DNA from: a virus | Lineage: Duplodnaviria; Heunggongvirae; Uroviricota; Caudoviricetes | Strand: one strand, 5' to 3' | IMG/VR virus record: IMGVR_UViG_3300036982_001423 | DNA: 64,000 nt | Shown: positions 1 through 9,859 of the stretch, piece by piece | Numbering within the stretch: position 1 is the first letter of the stretch | Layout of the letters: each line of letters begins with the position of its first letter | Position numbers and translations under genes: made by a program | The notes under the pieces: model-generated | Database searches by the model: none | What the model was told of the DNA's origin: nothing | What the model saw: only the letters and a program-made list of their open reading frames with translations

Positions 1-534
1 ATGGCTGAAATTCATAAACACAAACCAAAACAAAAAAGATATGGGAATGGTGTAGATGCAGAGACGGGTGCTTGGGTTCATGATCAAGATCCTCCACAAT
101 CCTGTGGATGTGACGCAGAAGATAAACATGCTGCATATTTAAAAGCCCAAAAAGAATACCGTGACTCATTAAGGGAAGAAGCATATCAACAAATAAAAAA
201 ACGCACATTAAAAGAGGATATAATATCAGGTGCGAAATCTGTATGTTGGGAAGGAGCTCGTGCAGCATCAGGGTTCATCCATGCAGGTGCAAAGGTAGGA
301 GATGCTTTTGAACGTGATCTTAATCGAAACAGCCAATCAAGTATTGCAAACAGAGCCGTATTAAGAGCAATGTTCGAGAAACACAAAGCCGCAGAGAAGA
401 AACAAACTAATATGCGTGTAGAGAAAGTTTACAAAGTTGTTTTAAACGGAAAAACCACTGAAATGACGGATAAACAATATAAACAATTCCTAGCAGCAGC
501 TCGTAGTAGTCCGGCACCACGTAAAAGGAGGTAA
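1..534 (+). CDS. hypothetical protein (ORF starts at window edge; may be 5'-truncated)
   Basis: Open frame from base 1; ends 3 nt before SD+ATG of next gene; no recognisable motif. Confidence 0.5.
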   Translation: MAEIHKHKPKQKRYGNGVDAETGAWVHDQDPPQSCGCDAEDKHAAYLKAQKEYRDSLREEAYQQIKKRTLKEDIISGAKSVCWEGARAASGFIHAGAKVGDAFERDLNRNSQSSIANRAVLRAMFEKHKAAEKKQTNMRVEKVYKVVLNGKTTEMTDKQYKQFLAAARSSPAPRKRR

Positions 535-536
535 TT

Positions 537-2552
537 ATGGTAACTAAACACACTCCGATAAAAAAGAAAACCGCAGCATTTGAATATCTCGGTCTTACTG
601 ATTATCCAGTTACACCCAAAAAGGTGATACAAAAACACGGTAAAAAACCAGTCGCAAAGAAACAACCCCCTATGGATTATCTGGGACTTACAGTACCTGT
701 AGTTAAACGGAGTTTAAAACGCACGGTCAAGAAACAAGCAGCGTATCATATACCCGGACTTTCAGGAACTTCGGTTGGTAAAGGCACATCGCCCGGTCTA
801 GCAGGATTAGGCGGGTTCTCTACCACCAAACCCCTGCGGAAAAGCAAACGGAACTCACAAAATATTGGTGATTATTGGGGAGAGGGTTTTGTAAATTCAG
901 TTAAACAAAGAGTATCTACAGCGTATAGTGAAGCAGTTAAAAAACATAAAGAGAAAGAAGAAGAAGAACGTATCCTAGCTGAAAAATTACGCAAAAAACG
1001 CATATTTAATGAAAAGTCAAGGTATTCTTCTAACCAAGAGATGCCCCTCCCGAAACCGCAAAGGAAATATGCAGATGCACAAGAACGAAAGCAGGCAGAA
1101 GCAGAAGAACAAGCGGCTTGGGATAATACACCGGAGTATGGTAAAACAACATATCCTAATAAAAGTCCAACCGAAAAAGCGAAAGATGATTTAAAAGGAT
1201 ATGCTAAACCCAGACCAACACCCCCGGAAGAAAACCCCCTTAAAACTGTAGCAAATAAAGTAAAAAACGCATACGATAAATCTGCATTTGGGGCAGAAGC
1301 AACTGCAAAACGCGAAGCAGAGCGCAAAGAAGCCGAAGAAAAACGTGATGCAGAACGTAAAGCCGCAGATGAAAAACGCAGGGCGGATTGGGTCGCGGAT
1401 GAACCGAACCGTAAAAAAGCAGAAGATGACCGTATAGAAGCCCTAAGACTTGCAAAAGAAGCCGAAGAAAAACGTAGAACTACCGTTGCATTATGGAATG
1501 AACAGGCAGCAATTAAACGAAAATTTGATAGTTTAAATCCTACTGAGAAATCGGTATTCTTACAAAGTTACGATCCATCAAGATTTCCTACAGCATGGTC
1601 TCCATTAAATGATTTACCCCCAGCCCCTCCGACTACTGTTGGTGACTCATATCGGAACGCAGCAGCATCAACGCAACAGTGGGCAACACGGCAAGTAACT
1701 CCGCAAGGGATATGGAATAATACTAAAACTGTAGCGGGATTAACGGCTCGTGGAGTAAAAGGCGCAGCATCTTTAGCTTCACAAGGGATGGAAGCTGCAA
1801 TAGAAATCCGCAACAAAAAATTAGCCGATGACGAAAGAATACGCAAAGAGCGAAACGATGAGTGGTTAGCATTACCCCGGAAAGAACGGCAAGAGATATT
1901 AGAAGAACGAGCATTTAATCGTGAACAAACCGTTAAACTACGGCAAATGAAACAACAGTTCTTAGATTATCAGATGGATAAAGATGACGCTGCATTAACA
2001 GGTCAGAAGTTCCATCCATCCGCATTTAAAGTAGAAAATGCGTATGGCGAAGATAAATGGATAGATCAATATGGTCGGGAACTACCGGGCGAACCGTCAT
2101 ATATGATCAGCAGACCCATAACAGAGGGATCTACTACAACCACTAAAAGACGAACTACTAGTGAACAGATTGATGCAGTGCTGGGTATAAAACAAGGCGG
2201 GTATAAATCGACACCACGCGAACAATCCGTTATAACTCCGGAACCGAGACAATCAATGAACAGTGAAATTAGTGACTTGTTAGGTATAAAACAACGCCAG
2301 TTCCGCCCGGCAAGTCAACCTACATTCACATCAGAACCCGCAGACGAACCCTCTGCATTAGAACTCATGGGCGCATCGCCACGCAAACGCGTACACCGGG
2401 GAGAACAACCGCAACAGCAAGTCCAAGTCCCGTCATCATACGTATCACAACCTACACGCAGAAAGAAATCGTTCCATGAACATGAATCCAAAGAACTTGA
2501 TCAATTCAAGAACAATGAAGCTGCCGTAATGAAACAGTTAATGGGTTTCTGA
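537..2552 (+). CDS. large K/E/R-rich low-complexity protein, coiled-coil-like; possible virion/structural protein
   Basis: 671-aa ORF with strong SD (AAAGGAGGTAATT-ATG); internal repeats FEYLGLT/MDYLGLT and LGIKQ x2; no enzymatic motif. Confidence 0.65.
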   Translation: MVTKHTPIKKKTAAFEYLGLTDYPVTPKKVIQKHGKKPVAKKQPPMDYLGLTVPVVKRSLKRTVKKQAAYHIPGLSGTSVGKGTSPGLAGLGGFSTTKPLRKSKRNSQNIGDYWGEGFVNSVKQRVSTAYSEAVKKHKEKEEEERILAEKLRKKRIFNEKSRYSSNQEMPLPKPQRKYADAQERKQAEAEEQAAWDNTPEYGKTTYPNKSPTEKAKDDLKGYAKPRPTPPEENPLKTVANKVKNAYDKSAFGAEATAKREAERKEAEEKRDAERKAADEKRRADWVADEPNRKKAEDDRIEALRLAKEAEEKRRTTVALWNEQAAIKRKFDSLNPTEKSVFLQSYDPSRFPTAWSPLNDLPPAPPTTVGDSYRNAAASTQQWATRQVTPQGIWNNTKTVAGLTARGVKGAASLASQGMEAAIEIRNKKLADDERIRKERNDEWLALPRKERQEILEERAFNREQTVKLRQMKQQFLDYQMDKDDAALTGQKFHPSAFKVENAYGEDKWIDQYGRELPGEPSYMISRPITEGSTTTTKRRTTSEQIDAVLGIKQGGYKSTPREQSVITPEPRQSMNSEISDLLGIKQRQFRPASQPTFTSEPADEPSALELMGASPRKRVHRGEQPQQQVQVPSSYVSQPTRRKKSFHEHESKELDQFKNNEAAVMKQLMGF

Positions 2553-2558
2553 TCAATC

Positions 2559-2567
2559 TTTTTTTTT
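2559..2567 (+). terminator. oligo-T tract (archaeal-style terminator candidate)
   Basis: T9 run 7 nt after stop codon, no preceding hairpin. Confidence 0.4.
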
Positions 2568-2603
2568 CAAAATGTATATATATCCATAAGTATTCAGTAA
2601 TGT

Positions 2604-2858
2604 ATGGATGAAAAGATCAGTATTTCAGGAATTGTAACAGGTTTGATTGCAATCGCAATATTCTTCGTAGTAACTGGTAGCATAAACACATGGGGATTTA
2701 CGGAAGCAGAAACCGTACAAACCGTATTAATTGTAGGGTTCATGGCACTGTGGGGTGTAAATCAAGCTGCGAAAAGCATTGAGAATGCACTAGTCCAAGT
2801 GGGAATGTATATTCTGACAAAATATTCAGTAATCCCAGAAACTCCAAAACTCAACTAA
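2604..2858 (+). CDS. small membrane protein
   Basis: 84-aa ORF with two hydrophobic helices (IVTGLIAIAIFFVV; VLIVGFMALWGV); followed by T9 run. Confidence 0.5.
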   Translation: MDEKISISGIVTGLIAIAIFFVVTGSINTWGFTEAETVQTVLIVGFMALWGVNQAAKSIENALVQVGMYILTKYSVIPETPKLN

Positions 2859-2859
2859 C

Positions 2860-2868
2860 TTTTTTTTT
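2860..2868 (+). terminator. oligo-T tract
   Basis: T9 run directly after stop of 2604..2858. Confidence 0.4.
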
Positions 2869-3292
2869 ACAGTAATGCATATACATTTATCAAATCACCC
2901 ATGTAAATCTGCTATTTCTACGCATCCCGAAGCATTGTGATCTTTAAGAAGGAATTGTAAACCAACCTTTATATATGTATATTTAATAATCAGACGCAAA
3001 CCGTGACGGCATGTAACCCAGTGATGTTAGACATGAAACACCCTACAGTAGTTATCCACATGTTTTTCGGAAAACCGCACTTCCAAACAAGGAACCCATC
3101 ATACCCGTTTACACCGGCAACCCCTAGATTAAAATATAAATCAACTTGCGAAAACGATTAAAAATGTTACTGGTTATAACCAAATAACAATAGGGATGAT
3201 ACCGACATATCCCAACCCATACTTATTAAATACCCCTCACAAAACCCGAATAATTCGTAAGCCGATATTACACGAGTTATCGGTTCGATTGA

Positions 3293-3514
3293 TTGAACAC
3301 AACAATGCTCTTATATCAAGCAAACATACAGTTATCCATGCAAGCAAACACGCAAGCAAAACCAAAATGCCCGCGATGTGGTGGAGACACTTACTCGCGT
3401 GGGTATGAGATATATGCGCAAGTCCCGCACAAGCGCAAGAAGTATAGTTGTAAAGAATGTGGACATCCATTTTCAGAGAAGAATGTAGAGTTACACCCGG
3501 AGATTAAGGAATGA
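3293..3514 (+). CDS. Zn-ribbon protein
   Basis: CPRCGG...CKECGHPF double CxxC; stop overlaps next start. Confidence 0.5.
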   Translation: MNTTMLLYQANIQLSMQANTQAKPKCPRCGGDTYSRGYEIYAQVPHKRKKYSCKECGHPFSEKNVELHPEIKE

Positions 3515-3885
3515 CGCAAGATATTACAGTTACGAATGGCAACCCTGTAAGTAAAAAGATCAGTGGGTTCTGGACAGGGTTATCCAGTCAGGAAGGGTTT
3601 CTGGTAATGTATACGGACACGCCAGTATTTGACGTAGACGAGAATGGAGAGCAGACGGTCAGAGAAATTAATCGGGAATATGTATTCGACGCACAGATGA
3701 CAAACGAGGTATACGTTTCGATAGCGAGGACAATGCTGGCGTATATCCAGAATGTAGATGAGTTAAGGAAGGCAGAATACATAGCGTTATTAGAGCGTAG
3801 GGAACGTGCAAAAGCAGAGGCAGAAGCAGAAGATGCACCTAAAAAAGAACCAGAACCTCAAGATAACCCGGAGACGCCTGCATGA
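3511..3885 (+). CDS. hypothetical protein (acidic C-terminus)
   Basis: ATGA overlap with upstream gene; 124 aa. Confidence 0.55.
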   Translation: MTQDITVTNGNPVSKKISGFWTGLSSQEGFLVMYTDTPVFDVDENGEQTVREINREYVFDAQMTNEVYVSIARTMLAYIQNVDELRKAEYIALLERRERAKAEAEAEDAPKKEPEPQDNPETPA

Positions 3886-4076
3886 TCGCAGATATCCTAG
3901 GAGGAACCGTCAGAGAAATGTGTGAGTATCTGGACGAGACTGTTCCACAAAACAAAATAGAACTAATCCATCAGGGCATGACGAACGTATTCTTTTTCTG
4001 TATACTAGTAGGATTAATTGCGGGTATACCGACGGGAATTACGATATTCTTGATTGTTAAGAGATTTGTAATGTGA
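3882..4076 (+). CDS. small membrane protein
   Basis: ATGA-coupled; hydrophobic C-terminal helix. Confidence 0.5.
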   Translation: MIADILGGTVREMCEYLDETVPQNKIELIHQGMTNVFFFCILVGLIAGIPTGITIFLIVKRFVM

Positions 4077-4106
4077 GAAAAAAGAAATCAACCATAGGAG
4101 ATTAAA

Positions 4107-4346
4107 ATGAACAAATTACCATCAGAACAAATAGCAGATATAAAAAGAAGATATGCCCCAAGCCCAGAAGAATTAGACTCGAAAAACAGTATAAAAATAG
4201 TATTGATATTCGAAGGTTTCGCGCCCAATGCAAATCAAGCAGGGATAGAAATGATACAGATTGCTGAAGGGTATGGGATGATCATATGCGATATCATAAC
4301 ACAACCCTACAAATGCGATGTAATGAAACCACTCATTAAATCGTAA
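4107..4346 (+). CDS. hypothetical protein
   Basis: SD GGAGATTAAA-ATG; 79 aa. Confidence 0.5.
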   Translation: MNKLPSEQIADIKRRYAPSPEELDSKNSIKIVLIFEGFAPNANQAGIEMIQIAEGYGMIICDIITQPYKCDVMKPLIKS

Positions 4347-4428
4347 TCTTTATTAATCTCATTAGCATATAGGTAATATGAAGTTGGCAGGCTTCACGTA
4401 AATCTGCCCCAATATCTAGCGCAACGTT

Positions 4429-4448
4429 CCTAGGGAGGCATCCCTAGG
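4429..4448. other. perfect hairpin CCTAGGGA-ggca-TCCCTAGG in intergenic region
   Basis: 8-bp perfect inverted repeat with 4-nt loop between genes 4107..4346 and 4472..5671. Confidence 0.5.
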
Positions 4449-4471
4449 AGCCATTCTGGAAACGTTAGAAA

Positions 4472-5671
4472 TTGCGAATTAAAATAAAGCGCAAGATACT
4501 GGTGATCACACTGAAGCATGTTTTATCCAAATCGCAATCGTCTCTAGAAGCATTCCAAGAGAAAGCGAGAGCAGAACACATCATAAAATTTGTCAAATCT
4601 CTTACTGAAAACAAACTTAAAATAATACAGTTGTTAGATTCAGGCTTATACCAAGCCGCAATCGCCCGCAGATTAAAACTTTCAAAATCATATATAAACC
4701 GATTCGTAAAAGAGTTATTACATAAAGGATGTATCTCAAAGGATTTCGTTAATCCTATAACTCATGTAGCTACATCGTACCTCATATCCCCTCAGTTAAA
4801 AGTTTATATTAAAAAACTAGAAACGTCAAAACCCAATTTTAATACGACATTAGCGATCCCCCATAACGTAAGATATAAATTCCCTATGATGGGAAAAAAA
4901 GTAAAAATATCGCTCAATACAAAACGTTTCGCCGCAGCGAAACTCAAAATGGAACGCGACTGGTGCATGCGTGGAGGAACGTGGTATAATTTCACTATGC
5001 GGCACGAACATATAGGGAATGTGGGTATCACAGTAACCCCCAGTTCATTATTAGTATATCAGAAAGACCGTTCTCCAATAATAGCCAAATCATGTGAAGA
5101 TGCAACGAATATCATAAGTATGAGTTTACACGAGGTTGCCAACAGGTTCGTGCAGGAACAGGCGTGGGAAAACGTGCATATAGAACTTGGACAACCAGAA
5201 CTTGTCGGAAGTCCCCATTTCGCTTTTAACAGTAAAATATCTCAAAAAATAGTTGCAGCGGGCAACGCACTCATGCAGGTAGGTAATGGATTAGAAATAG
5301 ATGACTCATTAAAGGGAAAATTCGATCAAGCAGAGATAGAAACTACAGATGCTACGCAAGCAGATTTAGTAGATAAGGGATTAAGAGTAGCAGCGGATAT
5401 TGAGAATATCGTTCCAGCAATGATCCAAAAGGAATTAAGATCAGTATCAGAGCAGGTATTAGGGATCAATGCACAAGCAGAGAAGATAGATTTAATCGTA
5501 AATTCAGTTCAAGCTCTTTGCCAGTCGGGACTTCCACGAGATCCAAGATTGGAACAACTTTTCAACGTCGTTGCAACTCAAGGAAAAACAATCAATCTCA
5601 TGCAAGAAAGCATGCTCGGAATCATCAAAAATATGGAATTAATGTTACACAATCAACAAAAAGGTGTTTGA
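4472..5671 (+). CDS. winged-HTH domain protein (putative transcription regulator) with large C-terminal domain
   Basis: N-terminal KLKIIQLLDSGLYQAAIARRLKLSKSYINRFVKELLHKGCI resembles an MarR/ArsR-like wHTH; 399 aa. Confidence 0.55.
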   Translation: MRIKIKRKILVITLKHVLSKSQSSLEAFQEKARAEHIIKFVKSLTENKLKIIQLLDSGLYQAAIARRLKLSKSYINRFVKELLHKGCISKDFVNPITHVATSYLISPQLKVYIKKLETSKPNFNTTLAIPHNVRYKFPMMGKKVKISLNTKRFAAAKLKMERDWCMRGGTWYNFTMRHEHIGNVGITVTPSSLLVYQKDRSPIIAKSCEDATNIISMSLHEVANRFVQEQAWENVHIELGQPELVGSPHFAFNSKISQKIVAAGNALMQVGNGLEIDDSLKGKFDQAEIETTDATQADLVDKGLRVAADIENIVPAMIQKELRSVSEQVLGINAQAEKIDLIVNSVQALCQSGLPRDPRLEQLFNVVATQGKTINLMQESMLGIIKNMELMLHNQQKGV

Positions 5672-6398
5672 AACGAGTCATCCAAACAAAACCTACACAA
5701 ATTTTTGCAAATTTTGTAAAAAAAAGTTTAAAACAAAAAATAAAATAAAATTATTCTGTTCAACAAACTGCTATGGAAAATGGCAATCAAAATACAGAAT
5801 AGGAAACAAGCATCATGGAACGGGAACAAAACAATCTCTTGAAACTAGAAAAAGAATATCAGAATCGATGAGTGGAAAAAACCACCCCAATTTTGGTATA
5901 AAATATTCAAAAGAAAGATGTTCCAAGATGAGTGAACGTAGTAAAGGAAAAAATAGTTATTGGTATAACAAAAAATTATCCCCCTCTCACGTAACTAATA
6001 TAATATCGGGAAATAAAAATAGCATCAAACGAAAATTAAACCCCCAAAAAAAAGGGATAGAATCTACGGCATGGTTAGGTGGAAAAACAAAAGAAAAATA
6101 CCCATCATTTTTAAGAGAGAAAACCGTTAATCGTATAATTTATGCAACTTATAGCAACAAATGTGTTATCTGCGGGGCATCTCCAGAGCAATCAAAAAAA
6201 GAAAGTAACTATGGATTAGCAAAACACCATTGGGATTATAACAAAAACTCAATTAATATTGTAACATTATGTAAAAAACATCACGATATGACTTCAATAA
6301 ACAAAGACCGCCCTTATTGGGAACAATACTTCCACGAACTAACAGCACTCACCTATGGGGGTACACCTATTATATTCAAAACGTTTCTAAAACCATGA
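5664..6398 (+). CDS. HNH homing endonuclease with NUMOD3 DNA-binding repeats
   Basis: Repeated E(T/E)RK(R/K)ISES..GK.HP..G motifs (NUMOD3); C-terminal CVICG...KHHWDYN...LCKKHHD HNH signature. Confidence 0.75.
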   Translation: MFETSHPNKTYTNFCKFCKKKFKTKNKIKLFCSTNCYGKWQSKYRIGNKHHGTGTKQSLETRKRISESMSGKNHPNFGIKYSKERCSKMSERSKGKNSYWYNKKLSPSHVTNIISGNKNSIKRKLNPQKKGIESTAWLGGKTKEKYPSFLREKTVNRIIYATYSNKCVICGASPEQSKKESNYGLAKHHWDYNKNSINIVTLCKKHHDMTSINKDRPYWEQYFHELTALTYGGTPIIFKTFLKP

Positions 6399-6687
6399 CC
6401 AACCCCTCTCTCTTGATCCTGCAAACAGAACTGGGCTTCCAACTACTATATGCAACATTGTTGCTCCTATTTGCAGCATCACTTTTCGTATGTGTATATA
6501 CATTCAGAGAACTGATAAGGGAAACCAGATTACCGGGAAAACGATTATTTGGGTTCAATTGCGATGGTTGTATGGGTAAATTCAGAGATAATGGCAAACC
6601 CTATATCAGATGTTTGATAAAGAAACCGATAGTCTCGTGGTTGTTGAGAACCAAACTGTTAAAACCACTGACTGCAAATAACTAGAT

Positions 6688-6876
6688 ATGTCAAAATACC
6701 TATTCCCGGCAAAAGAATTAACCGAAAGGGAAGGTGCATGTCCGAGATGTGGGTATATCCCATTAAAAATACTCATCAAGCACACATCACTAGCATACAG
6801 GGGTTTCAAGATGGAACCGTATACTCGTATAATGTATGCGTGTGAAGGGTGTAACAGCAGACTCTCTACACATTAG
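6688..6876 (+). CDS. small Zn-ribbon protein
   Basis: CPRCG...CEGCN pair of CxxC. Confidence 0.4.
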   Translation: MSKYLFPAKELTEREGACPRCGYIPLKILIKHTSLAYRGFKMEPYTRIMYACEGCNSRLSTH

Positions 6877-6880
6877 ATAA

Positions 6881-6915
6881 TATATATATAGCACAAGCGC
6901 CTTATTACTATTACT
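6881..6915 (+). promoter_or_regulatory. conserved promoter element TATATATATA-N7-CGCCTTATTACTATTA (copy 1 of 3)
   Basis: Same composite motif at 8265..8295 and 56405..56439, each ending about 20 nt before an ATG. Confidence 0.55.
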
Positions 6916-6932
6916 CAACAAGAGGTAATGGT

Positions 6933-7736
6933 ATGGTTAAATACACACGGAGACACTTCCAAGAAATTTCGGCACTAATTTCCAAAGTTCCGAAAGCACA
7001 GCGCAGAGAAGAAGCCGAACGATATGCTAACATGTTCAGAGCAGACAACCCAAGGTTTGACAAGGGTAAGTTCATGGCAGCCTGCAAACTGGACGCAGAG
7101 AATGTAGGTAAATATTTACCTCCAAACTTCAAAGCAAAATTTATGTCGGGAGTGACCATAAATCGCGCAGAAGGATCAGCAACATTGAATAAAGCGAACA
7201 CAGACTTTATCAATAAATCTATTTCGAACCCCAGTAAAGCAAAACAATTTAATATGGTATTAGATAAAAAAGGATTATCGTATCTTTCAACGGGGAGTGG
7301 AACATCAACAATCTATAAATCGGCACAACTCCTTCCAGCAACCGGAGGGAATGATAAAACAAAATCTTTAGGAAACTGCGGATGCAAAGGGAAAGGCAAA
7401 GCCAAAAAGAAACCGAAAAAGATAGGCAATCTGAACTCGTTCAGAGCAACCCAGTGGGAAAAAGTCAAGTCTTCGGGAATGCTCAACGATTATACGAATG
7501 CAGAGAAACGGTTTTCAACGGCTACGGATAAACAGTTAGCCAATTTACGTGGATTTGCAAAGACGCTAACCCCAGAAGATCGGCAATACCACAAAAGTTA
7601 TGCTAGTTACTCGACATGGCAATTAGCAAACACCAAAAAACAACCCACAGCACTTACTGAAGAAGCGTGGAGAGCCGAAGTTAAAAAGAACATGACGGGC
7701 GGATTAAAAGCCTACGCAAAGAAACAGAATATGTAA
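6933..7736 (+). CDS. hypothetical protein
   Basis: 267-aa ORF downstream of conserved promoter element; contains GNCGCKGKGKAKKK stretch. Confidence 0.6.
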   Translation: MVKYTRRHFQEISALISKVPKAQRREEAERYANMFRADNPRFDKGKFMAACKLDAENVGKYLPPNFKAKFMSGVTINRAEGSATLNKANTDFINKSISNPSKAKQFNMVLDKKGLSYLSTGSGTSTIYKSAQLLPATGGNDKTKSLGNCGCKGKGKAKKKPKKIGNLNSFRATQWEKVKSSGMLNDYTNAEKRFSTATDKQLANLRGFAKTLTPEDRQYHKSYASYSTWQLANTKKQPTALTEEAWRAEVKKNMTGGLKAYAKKQNM

Positions 7737-7757
7737 TTTATAATATGCGGAGATTAC

Positions 7758-8224
7758 ATGGCAACCAAACGCACGGGATGTAAGAAACCGAGGCTCGTGG
7801 GGAGGCTAAACTCGTTTCCACCTATAGTTGGATGTGGAGCTGGCAATTGCACTATGCCAACACTCCTATCCAAAAAACCAATTACAAAAGCCGAAGTGAA
7901 GTTCATGAAAGGGGTAAAAATAGACCGTTACGAATGTTCACAGGTTTATCCCGGAGGGAATTGTAATGGGGGAAGTGTAATGGGGGAAGTGTAACCATCA
8001 ACAAAACCTCCAGCACTCCGGTAATCCGGGCATTAAGCAGGTCTCCGGATAATGCAACGGTAAAATCTATTCAGGCTGGGATGACAAGGAACGCAGACGG
8101 TTCTACTACCCTGTCAATGGATGCGTGGAACAAGTTCCAGAAAGCGGTAAATGCGAAACGTCCGGATATCTTCGCACCTGTTAAATGGACTAGGTTCGTG
8201 CGGAAAGAAACCGAAACGAACTAA
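7758..8224 (+). pseudogene. gene interrupted by frameshift from a 14-bp tandem duplication (7758..7994 plus 7991..8224 in the +2 frame)
   Basis: Removing one copy of GTAATGGGGGAAGT restores a continuous ORF of about 150 aa whose C-terminus carries the GMTRNADGSTTL...DAW repeat also found twice in 13443..13688. Confidence 0.55.
7963..7990. repeat. perfect 2 x 14-bp tandem duplication GTAATGGGGGAAGT
   Basis: Read directly from sequence; followed by partial third unit GTAA. Confidence 0.85.
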
Positions 8225-8264
8225 AAAATAATTCATTTTTTCTTCTCTCGTATTTTCCCAAATC

Positions 8265-8295
8265 TATATATATACGGGACGCCTTATTACTATTA
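8265..8295 (+). promoter_or_regulatory. conserved promoter element TATATATATA-N5-CGCCTTATTACTATTA (copy 2)
   Basis: See 6881..6915. Confidence 0.55.
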
Positions 8296-8314
8296 TCCGA
8301 ATGGAGAATGTATT

Positions 8315-8440
8315 ATGGCAAACAAAATACCTAAAACTAATAATCAGTTTGGAGGTTCATTAGAACGCATAAACGATAATTTAAAGAAACAGCGACCCAA
8401 ACGATTATTTGGAGAATTACCTATTAAGAAAAACTGGTAA
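8315..8440 (+). CDS. small hypothetical protein (41 aa)
   Basis: First ATG 20 nt downstream of conserved promoter element. Confidence 0.35.
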   Translation: MANKIPKTNNQFGGSLERINDNLKKQRPKRLFGELPIKKNW

Positions 8441-8513
8441 TACGGTTTTTATAATGTGTATATACAGTCCACACCTGTAAATAGGTATCCCCTCATGGGA
8501 AGAGTACTCAATC

Positions 8514-8657
8514 ATGACAGCACAACGAAGAAAACGACAAGGTGGCGACTTTATGGATATTGTCGCCAGTGAAAAGAAAAAACCCGTAAACCCAATGTTT
8601 CCGGGAACATGGGAAGGAGCTATGGGTGCAGCTCGAAAAGCACCAAGGCGCAGGTAA
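8514..8657 (+). CDS. small basic protein (47 aa)
   Basis: ORF below track cutoff; R/K-rich. Confidence 0.3.
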   Translation: MTAQRRKRQGGDFMDIVASEKKKPVNPMFPGTWEGAMGAARKAPRRR

Positions 8658-8902
8658 GGGCATACCCCATGCCCACCTCACCTTCTGGCGAACAGTTTGC
8701 AGATAAGAACCGTAACGGCTACCCGGACAACTTCGAAGCCGAAGAAACTGCGATAAAAGCCCAGTTCGCCCAGCGTCGTGCCCAATATGGCAAGAACAGA
8801 GAATGGGACAACCCGTTGATTGACGATGATACGGGTGATGTCATGGAAATGAAGAACAGCGTTTTTGAAGAACTATTTGGCTTAAAGAAAAAGGTGAAAT
8901 AA
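8609..8902 (+). CDS. hypothetical protein, paralog of 8905..9207 (true start may be ATG at 8669)
   Basis: Shares NxNGYPD(N/E)(F/Y)EA(E/Q)ET ... D(D/K)D(T/S)GD(V/P)ME(M/E)K with the next gene. Confidence 0.55.
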   Translation: MGRSYGCSSKSTKAQVRAYPMPTSPSGEQFADKNRNGYPDNFEAEETAIKAQFAQRRAQYGKNREWDNPLIDDDTGDVMEMKNSVFEELFGLKKKVK

Positions 8903-8904
8903 AC

Positions 8905-9207
8905 ATGGCATGGAAACAATATCCAAAGAAACGACAGCACAGGTATCCCCCCAAACAACAGCAACCTACAGAACCGGCAGCCCCGGTAGAAGCAACGCCA
9001 TTAACTGACCTGAACAGTAACGGGTATCCGGACGAATATGAAGCGCAAGAGACGATGTTATTCGACCAGATCAGATCTCGCAGAAAATCGTATGGATATA
9101 CAAAAGAGATTGAAGCATATTCTGGTGTAGGTCAGAGTGCAGATAAAGATAGTGGTGATCCGATGGAAGAAAAGAAATCCGCGTTCCGGGAAATACTGGG
9201 GATGTGA
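8905..9207 (+). CDS. hypothetical protein, tandem paralog of 8609..8902
   Basis: See above. Confidence 0.6.
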   Translation: MAWKQYPKKRQHRYPPKQQQPTEPAAPVEATPLTDLNSNGYPDEYEAQETMLFDQIRSRRKSYGYTKEIEAYSGVGQSADKDSGDPMEEKKSAFREILGM

Positions 9208-9213
9208 TTTAGC

Positions 9214-9456
9214 ATGCCTCCCCGCACAAGATACGGTAGACCCGTAAGAGTTCCGTTTATCGACCCAGAAATGCGGAAACGCATTGAACAGAACGTTAAA
9301 GATAATAAACAGTTAGGCGGCATGGCACTGACAAAGGCGGATGCAGAGCGTCAAAAGAAAAAGTTTGAGTTAAAAGGATATATTTCATGGATTATCAGGA
9401 TCAACTCCGATAATTACCATATTATGATCAGCAAACTTAGTGGGGGATTTAAATGA
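9214..9456 (+). CDS. hypothetical protein
   Basis: 80-aa ORF in coupled array. Confidence 0.5.
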   Translation: MPPRTRYGRPVRVPFIDPEMRKRIEQNVKDNKQLGGMALTKADAERQKKKFELKGYISWIIRINSDNYHIMISKLSGGFK

Positions 9457-9857
9457 CAATACGAAAACAAAACCGCAAATTAAAATGGATTGAACCGGGA
9501 CATTATCCGAAAAGTGAACGTATCCACTTACCGGAAACTGAAACACCCGCAGACCCGAAAGTAAGACCTGTAAAGGGTAGAAAACAGAAAAATCCGTATC
9601 ATGAAGAACCCCGCCAGAAATATCCGGCACGAGTTCCTAACAAACGAGTTGAAAAAGAAATCCCGAAACGGTATATCAAACTAAAGAACTGGGTTGTTAT
9701 CGATGGACGCCGATGGGAATTAGTTACAATCGCAGAACCCACAGATGCAAAACGTATCGTAGCGTTCGCAAAACGTGCGGGTAAAGAGTATAAAGTAATC
9801 AAAGTAGGAAACGTATTTGAAATCTACGAAGAAGTTCAGTATGGAAGTGATGATTAA
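9453..9857 (+). CDS. hypothetical basic protein
   Basis: ATGA overlap; 134 aa. Confidence 0.55.
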   Translation: MTIRKQNRKLKWIEPGHYPKSERIHLPETETPADPKVRPVKGRKQKNPYHEEPRQKYPARVPNKRVEKEIPKRYIKLKNWVVIDGRRWELVTIAEPTDAKRIVAFAKRAGKEYKVIKVGNVFEIYEEVQYGSDD

Positions 9858-9859
9858 TC

